This document shows, piece by piece, positions 51,001 through 56,868 of a DNA stretch of 64,000 nt (position 1 is its first letter; every line of letters begins with the position of its first letter). Below the pieces are notes generated by a model. It saw only the letters and a list, made by a program, of their open reading frames with translations, was not told the origin of the DNA and ran no database searches. The translations under genes and the position numbers were made by a program. The DNA comes from Burkholderiales bacterium (GTDB lineage: Bacteria > Pseudomonadota > Gammaproteobacteria > Burkholderiales > Burkholderiaceae_C): assembly GCA_947474755.1 (NCBI GenBank), contig CANJJE010000011.1:30983-94982 (forward strand). The letters are read 5' to 3'.

Positions 51001-53764
51001 CCGACGTGCTCAGGGAGTCGTAACTGGCCTGCATTGAAGCCGCCTGCTGTGCGGCCATCGTGTACGTGCGTATCTGCACGCCATTCTGGGTGGATGCGGT
51101 GGAAGTCCAGCCACTTTCATCGACGGTGACGCCGTTGAACACCTCCAGCACAGGGATGATGCGAGCCAACTTCGCTTGAAGCGCCGTGTCGGTGCTGCCT
51201 GTCACCACGAAGCGGCGTGTCTCGGCACCAACCGGCTGAATGCTGAATCGATCGGCAATCGCCTCTGTGGCGGCCCAGGTCCGCAGCAGCGCATCCAGCG
51301 CGGCCAGCTGCGCATCACGCGTGGTGCCCTGCGCAAACACCTGTACCGCAGACACCAGTGCAGCCGCAGCCGCATTGCCCAGACTCATCGCTTCACGCAG
51401 ATCGCGCACCACGCCAGAGCCTGCCATTTCGGGCAAATTCAACGCCGTGGCGGTCAACGGCTGGACGGGGAAGCTGCGGTAGAACGGATTGCTCGCCAGG
51501 TTCAGGTTGCCCGCTGTGGTGTCTGCACCCACGGCCACGCTATCGATCTGCGTGGTGCTGCCATTGGTACGCGTCACCAGTGCTTGCCCGGTGACGGTGT
51601 TGCCATTGCCCAGGTTCACAGTGCTCGTGGTCGGTGTCAGGCTGATGCTGGCGATGTTCTTCTGAGCCAGCGTGAACAGCTCTGTGCTCTGGCTGATGCC
51701 GTCCTGGTTCAGGTCCTGCCAGAGCCGGACTTGAGTGAATGCGGTATCGGATGTGTTGAACACACGATCATTGTTGGAATCGAGCCTGGCCAGCGCTGCA
51801 AAGCCTGTCGAGGCATACACCGCATCGACACCCGGCGTGCCCGACAACAAGGTATCGACGCCGAACAGCTCGCGCCCGCTGTCGATCAGGCCATTGCCAT
51901 TGCGGTCCAGCACCAGCCAGGCATCGTTGGCCTGAACCCAGCCCGTGCCCGTGCGGATGCCATCGGCGTTGTGGTCGAAGAGGATCGGCGTGGCACCAAT
52001 GCCGACCGTTTCGATGCCGTTGCCGTTGAGGTCGATCGCCAGAGGATCGCGGAGCACGGGGGGGGGCAGGGCGTTGCGGAAGTTGGTGTTGGTGGCGGGA
52101 TCACTTTTGGTTTTCGGCTTCTTCGGAATGAAGATGCCCACGTCGCCATCGACGAAGTCATTGATCACCACCACGCTGCCTGCGCCGGCCACCGTGAGCC
52201 TCTGCGTGGGTACCTCGTAGCGATAGGTGATGGGAGAGCCCGGATTGCTGAGGTCCATCCACAGCTTCAGGTTGGCGCTCTCGGAGATCAAGGTGCCATC
52301 GCCATTGAGCTGGCGCTTATCCAGCCGGAGCCGGTCGGCGGCTTCGCTGCTGTTGATGGTGTCGGTGCCTGCGTAGGCAGAGACCACGTAGAGGTCGGCG
52401 TCTGCGCCACCGACCAGGGTGTCGTTACCGACACCACCCACGAGCGTGTCGTTGCCTGCCGCACCGATCAGCGAATCCGCTCCGCCCAGGCCCACCAGCA
52501 AGTCATTCCCACCGCCGCCGTTCAACGTGTCCCCAGCGGTGCCGCCCACTGCCACGTCGGCCAGACCGTCTGAGCCTGCCCAGGTCATTGCGCCTGGGCC
52601 GGACTGAACGTGCCACTTGGTGATTGAAGCTGCGCCAGATTTCACTGCATCACCATCGCGGTCAGCGATCGTTGCCAATGCGTCAGCAAGTTTGGTCGGG
52701 CTTTTGAGTGAGCCGACTGCCACCCCGACATCGGCGAGGTTGAAGTTCACTGCACCGCTGTTGGTTGTGAACAGGCCCGAAGCACTGGCCGGGGTCTTGC
52801 GGTAGTAATAGTCCAGCGCAGCGATATTCAGCGCCTTTTGCATGGCTGCATCTGCAGTAGTGCCGCCAGCGACGGTCAACTGCTTCACATCGGTGCCGAA
52901 GCGATCGAGCAGCGGTGTGGCTGCATTGCTCACCTGCGCGATGTACAGGCGGTCGATGAAGTTTGGGTCTTGCGAGAATTGCGGATCGCGGTAGTGAAGA
53001 CTGTTGTCAAAAATCTGTGCCAGCAAGTGAGGTGAACTGCGCACCGCATCGGCGAACGTGGTGGAGCGCTCCATCGATGCCAGCAGCGTCATGGAATGCA
53101 AATCCAGTGCGCCTGCGGCGGTCGGGCCGGTTGCTATGGGAAGGTTCAGCCCGATGGCAGTGAATGTGTTGCGCAGATAACTGACGAACTCTCCCTGTAG
53201 GTACTGCCCAAAAACATTGCCTTCTCGTGCGGAGTATTGCGATGAAATCGCGGAGCGGTAAGTGTCGAATTCGGTGTTGGTGAAACCAAGCTCTGCCATC
53301 TTGGCCTTGTAGGCCGCTAATGCGTATGCAGATAGCGCACCCCGTTTAAAGGGGGCTGCATCAAATACACGCGCCTCGCGGTTGAAAAATATCCCCATCA
53401 TGGCGGCCAGCCCTCCGCCCAGCGAATGACCCGTGAAGGTGATATTTGCTGTTGCAGAACTGGTGCGTTTGACCTCCAGATACAGCTTCATCGCCTCCCA
53501 TACCTGCAGTGAGCTGACGTCGCCACCTGTATACGCCGGGATATTGCCAAAGGCGAAATCGGAAATTAGTCGTTCGTTGGTGCCTGTGTAGGCGATGACG
53601 ATGTCGTCACCTTTTCTGTAGACGCCGGCAGAGAAGCCAGTAAGTGCGAAGTCTTTTATCCAGGGGCGTTCTTCTATCCATCCGGTGGGGATCGGGGTTC
53701 GGTTCGCTTGTGTTCTTCCGTAAGCAGCGTTGGACAGCTGTGCGTATTCTTGCGGCGTTGGCAT
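44948..53764 (-). CDS. giant RTX (repeats-in-toxin) calcium-binding protein with N-terminal class-3 lipase domain; T1SS substrate
   Basis: 2938 aa. The N-terminus runs YAQLSNAAYG to ITFTGHSLGGGLAAMM (GxSxG nucleophile elbow). There are dozens of GGxGxDxL nonapeptide repeats and several HCBP-related modules (the pattern IE..RFA.GT.W). The C-terminus is acidic and Cys-free. The hlyD/hlyB-like genes lie upstream in the same orientation. Confidence 0.9.
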   Translation of the reverse strand: MPTPQEYAQLSNAAYGRTQANRTPIPTGWIEERPWIKDFALTGFSAGVYRKGDDIVIAYTGTNERLISDFAFGNIPAYTGGDVSSLQVWEAMKLYLEVKRTSSATANITFTGHSLGGGLAAMMGIFFNREARVFDAAPFKRGALSAYALAAYKAKMAELGFTNTEFDTYRSAISSQYSAREGNVFGQYLQGEFVSYLRNTFTAIGLNLPIATGPTAAGALDLHSMTLLASMERSTTFADAVRSSPHLLAQIFDNSLHYRDPQFSQDPNFIDRLYIAQVSNAATPLLDRFGTDVKQLTVAGGTTADAAMQKALNIAALDYYYRKTPASASGLFTTNSGAVNFNLADVGVAVGSLKSPTKLADALATIADRDGDAVKSGAASITKWHVQSGPGAMTWAGSDGLADVAVGGTAGDTLNGGGGNDLLVGLGGADSLIGAAGNDTLVGGVGNDTLVGGADADLYVVSAYAGTDTINSSEAADRLRLDKRQLNGDGTLISESANLKLWMDLSNPGSPITYRYEVPTQRLTVAGAGSVVVINDFVDGDVGIFIPKKPKTKSDPATNTNFRNALPPPVLRDPLAIDLNGNGIETVGIGATPILFDHNADGIRTGTGWVQANDAWLVLDRNGNGLIDSGRELFGVDTLLSGTPGVDAVYASTGFAALARLDSNNDRVFNTSDTAFTQVRLWQDLNQDGISQSTELFTLAQKNIASISLTPTTSTVNLGNGNTVTGQALVTRTNGSTTQIDSVAVGADTTAGNLNLASNPFYRSFPVQPLTATALNLPEMAGSGVVRDLREAMSLGNAAAAALVSAVQVFAQGTTRDAQLAALDALLRTWAATEAIADRFSIQPVGAETRRFVVTGSTDTALQAKLARIIPVLEVFNGVTVDESGWTSTASTQNGVQIRTYTMAAQQAASMQASYDSLSTSVYLSLVTQTRLKPYLAGIELVVDASGARLDTSALASLLDTRKVANEREAAIDLVELLLCASPTLQATGFDGLNRLRTWVDAMPISSPVRAYLSSLGVGWGNAAGTNGADILLGDGAGNSLVGHDGNDLIAGGDGNDWLNGGGGNDILDGGVGNDSLSGAEGDNLLSGGEGADTLGSGVGNDTLDGGAGADDMRGGAGDDVYRWRAANGNDFIVEESGNDVIELQGLAPADVRITRTSSSDMLIQILSTGETLKVSIGFSEGNTSGRIESLRFAEGTVWDDTAIRANTSMTGSAGADSIYGHATDNTLLGLGGDDSLYAGAGNDTLDGGTGDDRLEGGTGDDTYRWGLGSGHDTVSELGVLPGGMDTLELQGLNPADISVRRDVFGNAVVRNIATGEQLVVTRGFAESSPEAAIEQVRFSNGTAWNEAALRANAIRDGDEGADFIYGHATADLLRGQGGNDVLEGGGGNDTLDGGRGNDSLFGNGGNNTYLFGRGDGQDIIDTGGSGTASDTLLFKAGVAPAEVVLKRVPYLNYTGDWALEVSIAGTSDRVTVNRFFFNDDPGNHLNPLREIRFADNTTWNVQAILDRTFGGTAADDTYLGTIGNDVLNGAAGNDSLSGRVGNDTLNGGSGADTLRGEEGMDQLAGGAGRDLLYGGDGDDTYLYNRGDAQDVIGESQGYDVIRLGPGILESELTLVRTSSTPVDFAGWFSTSYAADALVVSLAGSDEIWIPGFFTAAGGIEAIEFSNGRRWLAADINARLVAAQGTVNSQTGTAGNDSFVVDHPLDSISEAANAGVDSVTSSVSYTLPVNVENLSLTGSINAAAIGNTLGNVINGNAGDNVLDGLQGNDTLSGGAGNDVYVVRSDQTSSLYDVGNLSVLADANATWGHSLPWDKVIERAGEGIDTLVTSQYRVRLPDEVENMIVASMAVRSLFYDYLRDTASNKLRPITFLAADRIYDGRASDTRPWFVGNALANQIDVTNGRPGATFSGYDASLFNGVLIDGGEGADTMIGGAEDTYYRIDQVGDVVIETGSDSVSTRDTLISSAISLTLVDRVENIELLGSAALNATGDDRNNELRASKNTAINRLTGLGGDDVYFVDAGDVVIEAIGGGTDTVVIDSAAIGAPSALSSGAVFRLDNYANVENIFANGKFDWKYPYSVYGVEGVRLVGNAGANRVVGSFWNDVLEGGAGDDVIEDQQVALYPRGADFMFDSDTLTGGEGDDRLISWYGGDLLDGGNGNDVLIAKSAGYTLQGGDGADTLFGGSGGILRGGAGDDALFGGSYGVDTFDGGTGNDTLNDLGGGDVACFNRGDGQDVIKTFFYSSPTHWATIEFRMGILPSDVVARRVADGQFSGLAGLQLSIIGTDDKIVATGYFNTGAGNYSVVQQVRFADGTLWDATRIQQEVTASPVQRFVGTPAADTLAGADGADALYGLGGSDMLSGNAGNDTLDGGAGADTMAGGLGDDFYRVDNAADVLVESINAGWDTVESTVTWTLGGQFEVLRLLGSNNINATGNSSDNTIHGNSGANRLDGGGSFDSLIGGSGDDTYVVDNVHDITAESSGGGIDTVESSVTWALSSNVENLTLTGSAALNGTGNFLDNVLRGNSGANVLNGGAGNDTLIGGAGNDVYGVDVATDVVTEAANGGTDTVQSAVTWTLGAHLENLTLTGSAAINGTGNALDNALTGNGANNTLAGGAGNDTLTGGAGNDTMLGGAGNDLYVVDATTDVLTEAANEGYDSVQSTATYTLSNNIEALTLTGTAAINGTGNALDNALTGNGANNTLAGGAGNDTLTGGAGNDTLVGGAGNDLFVVDVVTDVVTEAANEGTDTVQSAVTWTLGANLENLTLTGSAAVNGTGNSLSNTLTGNSGANVLAGGEGNDTYIGGLGSDTLSDTSTTSNDIYVWGRGQGADTLTDAGGSDRLDILAVVTESQVWLRRLGSNLELSVIGTTDRLTINGWYTSPSHRIESFKLADGQALLASQVQQLVDAMATFAPPAAGQTTLPANHAAALNPVIAPSWA
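45400..46700 (-). repeat. coding tandem repeats, five units of 81-90 codons (exact 270-bp period between 45631 and 45901)
   Basis: The units read ND.Y.VD...DV.TEAAN.G.DTVQS.VTWTLG..LENLTLTGSAA.NGTGN.L.N.LTGN...N.L.GGAGNDTL.GG. Stretches of more than 100 bp are near-identical between 45585-45760 and 45855-46030. The boundaries are approximate. Confidence 0.8.
51470..52048 (-). other. FrpC/ApxIVA-like Ca2+-dependent self-processing module (SPM) with candidate Asp573-Pro574 scissile bond
   Basis: Residues 573 onward read D-PLAIDLNGNGIETVGIGATPILFDHNADGIRTGTGWVQANDAWLVLDRNGNGLIDSGRELFG, with further DxNxDG-type loops (DSNNDRVF, DLNQDGIS). Recognised from memory of the FrpC SPM; the C-terminal boundary is approximate. 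Confidence 0.6.
53015..53764 (-). other. lipase class 3 / alpha-beta hydrolase domain of the RTX protein (first ~250 codons)
   Basis: GHSLGG (the Ser114 codon is 53423-53425), preceded by the pattern typical of the family: FSAGVYRKGDDIVIAYTGTNE. This stretch is visibly lower in GC than the rest of the gene. Confidence 0.75.
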
Positions 53765-53812
53765 TGTGAATTCCTGGTTGATGAGCTTGTACCAGCAGCT
53801 AATTTTTAGAAA

Positions 53813-54400
53813 TTAACAACCACTGCTCCATTTTTCGACAATTTTTTTGTATTCAGGTGCAGCGCTAGGCCTGTCCTCAACTTCTTTTTCTTTTCGAGAC
53901 ACTGTCAGGATGGGTTTGCTGGAGTTAATTGCTTTTCTAGAAGCGAGATCAGTCACCAGCACATTTGCCTTGCGCCCTATCCACTTCGGCTCCATCGATT
54001 GCTGCAACCATTTCCCCTCTCGATACCGGTACGCTGTGTATGGCAACGCGGGTCGTCCGATGTCGTACCAGCTGTCACAGTGATAGAAAGTCGCGACGAT
54101 CATCCATTCGTGTGTATCGGGATCCCGGTCAAGAATCATTGGCACATACAGCCCACTCCAAATCGTCGGGTTACCTGGCTTGTCCGGCGATTCAAACTCA
54201 ATCGTCATGCCCCGGTTGAACGACCCACCGCCACCGCCAGCGATCCAGTTCTCGCTGAATTTGGCAGTGCGCTTGATCACGATGACCTCGCCACTCTGGA
54301 GTTGGACCTCCTCTCGCCAGTTCATGCTGGGGTCGCTAAAGACAAGCCAGAGTCCTGCTGCGGTAACGAAAACCCCTGCGAACCAAAGTTTGCGCTTCAT
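53813..54400 (-). CDS. small membrane-anchored protein of unknown function, paralogue 1 (candidate lipase immunity/accessory protein)
   Basis: 195 aa with an AAGGAG Shine-Dalgarno sequence 6 nt upstream. The N-terminal hydrophobic anchor is KLWFAGVFVTAAGLWLVF. It is a low-GC gene 48 nt upstream of the RTX-lipase start and a paralogue of 54570..55163. Confidence 0.7.
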   Translation of the reverse strand: MKRKLWFAGVFVTAAGLWLVFSDPSMNWREEVQLQSGEVIVIKRTAKFSENWIAGGGGGSFNRGMTIEFESPDKPGNPTIWSGLYVPMILDRDPDTHEWMIVATFYHCDSWYDIGRPALPYTAYRYREGKWLQQSMEPKWIGRKANVLVTDLASRKAINSSKPILTVSRKEKEVEDRPSAAPEYKKIVEKWSSGC

Positions 54401-54569
54401 TCATGGCTCCTTAGATAACCGGGTGTGTTGAATTGAGCAGCCCCAAGCCAGACAAGCTTCCATCAGGAGTCCATTCCTCAGTCCACCCTGTTTCGTGGCT
54501 GCATAGGCCCGCGATGAAAGTTGTGCATATTCCTTTTTTGAAACCATTTGAAACTCCGAAAATTTTAAG

Positions 54570-55163
54570 TTAGCAATATGTTTTCCATGCGCGTACGATG
54601 CTCTTGTACTCCGGAGATACTCTTGGATCGCTAAGCTTGTCTCTTTTCATTTGCAGAGAATAGTCAGGTCCTGCGTCTCTTCCATTTGGAACCAGAATAT
54701 TTCCTTCTCTACCTATTAACTTTTCAGAAAGAGGTAGCTGGATCCATGTTCCGTTTCTGTATCGGAATTCGGTGTATGGCAACTTGGGCCTGCCGAGGCT
54801 GTACCAATCGGTACACATGTAGAATGTTGCTACGATAAACCATTCATTATTATCGGGGTCACGGTCGAATACCAGTGGCAAGAATGGTGGGTGACGCCAT
54901 TGGGGCGGAGAATCCTTGCGATTGGGTGATGAAATTTCCAAAGTAGACTCGATAACGTCAGATCCGCCAACACCGCCGATGGGTCGATCAAACTCGAACT
55001 GTATACTTCGGTCGACTGTCAATAATTCGCCGTTTTGCAACTGAACTTCTTCCTTCCAGTGGTGACGATTGGCGAAGTGGCTCCATAGCCAATATGTGGC
55101 GACTACCAATAGCGCCAGGGTTGTATAGCTGAGCGGTGCTTTTCGGGTGGGTAAGAATTTCAT
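54570..55163 (-). CDS. small membrane-anchored protein of unknown function, paralogue 2
   Basis: 197 aa with N-terminal anchor YTTLALLVVATYWLW. It shares these blocks with paralogue 1: W.EEVQLQ.GE, DRDPD..EW.IVATFY.C..WY..GRP.LPYT..RYR.G.W, PEYK.IV and a terminal Cys. Very low GC. Confidence 0.7.
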   Translation of the reverse strand: MKFLPTRKAPLSYTTLALLVVATYWLWSHFANRHHWKEEVQLQNGELLTVDRSIQFEFDRPIGGVGGSDVIESTLEISSPNRKDSPPQWRHPPFLPLVFDRDPDNNEWFIVATFYMCTDWYSLGRPKLPYTEFRYRNGTWIQLPLSEKLIGREGNILVPNGRDAGPDYSLQMKRDKLSDPRVSPEYKSIVRAWKTYC

Positions 55164-55224
55164 TGGTGAATAATTTCAAAAAGATGGATCGTGGAACCGG
55201 TGAGAGTCAATTCAAGATAATTTT

Positions 55225-55447
55225 TTAAAGAGATGAGAAACCACGTATGGTGATGATCTGGGCATCGGCGCCCTCGGCGCTGCAGAACCATTCGCACAGA
55301 TGCACCAGACGCAAATCCGGAAACACGTCCTTCGCGTAAGACGTCTCGCCCCAGCCCGCGCACCTCCCACCCGCGGCGCTGGCACCAGGCGCGCACCTGG
55401 TGCGCAAACTGCCCGGGGAAGTTCTGGTGAATGACGAGTACTTCCAT
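55225..55447 (-). pseudogene. decayed 5' remnant of a glycosyltransferase gene (frameshifted and truncated)
   Basis: The ATG at 55447 overlaps the hlyD-like stop by 1 nt. Frame 1 reads MEVLVIHQNFPGQFAHQVRAWCQRRGWEVRGLG. A second frame (track ORF 55225..55407) reads AKDVFPDLRLVHLCEWF. Both resemble blocks of one GT family, and the sequence then breaks into low-GC DNA. Confidence 0.55.
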
Positions 55448-56868
55448 CACCGCTCCCGCAGGCTTTCGCCGACTGTCTTCTGAATCGGGCTGAGCAGGTA
55501 GTCGATCACCCGGCGCTGGCCGGTCCTGATCTCGGCAGTGATGTTCATGCCCGGGCTCAGCCCGATGCGCTTGCCGTCGACGTCGATGTGGGTTTGTGCA
55601 AGCTTCAGCGTCGCTGGAAAGATCGCTCCCTTTTTTTCGTCGTTCACGGCATCCGCGGTCACGCTGCTCACGGTGGCATCGACCGTGCCGTACCGGGTGT
55701 AGGGGAAGGTTTCCAGCTTGATGGTGGTCTGCTGTCCGGCGTTGACGAAGCCGATGTCCTTGTTGTCGATCACCACCTCGGCGGTGACCTCGGCGTCCTT
55801 CGGCACGATCACCATCAGCACCTGGGCTTCGGTCACCACGCCGCCCTCGGTGTGCACCGCCACCTGCTGCACGGTGCCGTCGACCGGCGCGGTCAGTTGC
55901 GTGAGCCGCGAGCGCTGCTGCGTCTTGTTCAATTCCTGGATGAACTGCTGGCGCTTCAGGATCGCCTGCGCCTGCCGTTCACTGAGTGAGCGCTGGGTCT
56001 CGGCCAGATAGGCCGCACGAGCCTGCGCGGTCTCGCGCGACGCAGCCTGGGCTTCGGCAAGCCGGGCCTGCTGCGTGGCCAGATCGCGCTCCTGTTCGAT
56101 GCGCTCGCGGGTGCGGTCCTGTCCGGCATGACCGGACATGAATCCCTTCTCGGTCAGCGCCTTGAAATCCATCTCCCGTTGCCGGGCCATGGGCAGCGTT
56201 GCCTCCAGCTTGGCGATCGTCTCGCGCACCGTCGCAAGCTCGGCCTGTCGGTGTGCCTGCCCGGCATCGAGTCTGGCCAGTCGGGCGGAGATGTCCTGCC
56301 ACTCGGCATCGAGCTGAGCGCTGACATGGCTGCTCGCTGCTGTCGCAAGTGTTGGCGCACGCCGAGAACGCAGTGCCTGGATCAAGGCCGTGGTGCGCAC
56401 CTCCTCTGAATGCGCCCACGCCAGTTGCTCCTGCGCGTTGGCGCCGTCGGCGCTGGCGTTGGTGGCATCGAGTTCCACCAGCACCTGCCCCGCGTGAACC
56501 GAGTCACCGTTCTTGACCAGCACCTTGCGAACGACGCTGGTTTCCAGCGGCTGGAGCGTCTTGGTGCGCTCGCTCACCACGATGCGACCGGGCGCCACCG
56601 CGACGATGTCGACCCGCCCGAGGATGCTCCACACCAGCGCGATGACGAACAGCGCGCAGATCGCCCACGCAAAGCGTCGCGGGGCCGGGTGCACCGGCGT
56701 TTCCTGCAGGCTGAGCGCGGCGGGCAGAAAGGCCGCTTCATCGGCAAGACGCCTCGGCCCCGACAGCTCGTGCCGCATCGCCCAGACCGCGCCGAAGATG
56801 GCGCGATAACGGGCCATCAGATCGAGGGCAGGGTGGCGCGTAGCCACCGATTTTGGCGATGTGGTCAT
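55447..56868 (-). CDS. HlyD-family type I secretion periplasmic adaptor
   Basis: 473 aa from ATG 56868, which overlaps the ABC stop (ATGA). It has a single N-terminal TM, long coiled-coil segments, and a C-terminus GMNITAEIRTGQRRVIDYLLSPI typical of HlyD. The 766-aa track ORF is an out-of-frame extension into the ABC gene. Confidence 0.9.
   Translation of the reverse strand: MTTSPKSVATRHPALDLMARYRAIFGAVWAMRHELSGPRRLADEAAFLPAALSLQETPVHPAPRRFAWAICALFVIALVWSILGRVDIVAVAPGRIVVSERTKTLQPLETSVVRKVLVKNGDSVHAGQVLVELDATNASADGANAQEQLAWAHSEEVRTTALIQALRSRRAPTLATAASSHVSAQLDAEWQDISARLARLDAGQAHRQAELATVRETIAKLEATLPMARQREMDFKALTEKGFMSGHAGQDRTRERIEQERDLATQQARLAEAQAASRETAQARAAYLAETQRSLSERQAQAILKRQQFIQELNKTQQRSRLTQLTAPVDGTVQQVAVHTEGGVVTEAQVLMVIVPKDAEVTAEVVIDNKDIGFVNAGQQTTIKLETFPYTRYGTVDATVSSVTADAVNDEKKGAIFPATLKLAQTHIDVDGKRIGLSPGMNITAEIRTGQRRVIDYLLSPIQKTVGESLRER

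Noticed and set aside
45360-52600. The highly repetitive DNA of the RTX gene, considered as a possible CRISPR array or non-coding satellite.
   Set aside because: The repeats are in-frame coding repeats (GGxGxD nonapeptides and 81-90-aa units) within one uninterrupted 8.8-kb ORF. There is no repeat-spacer architecture and no cas genes.
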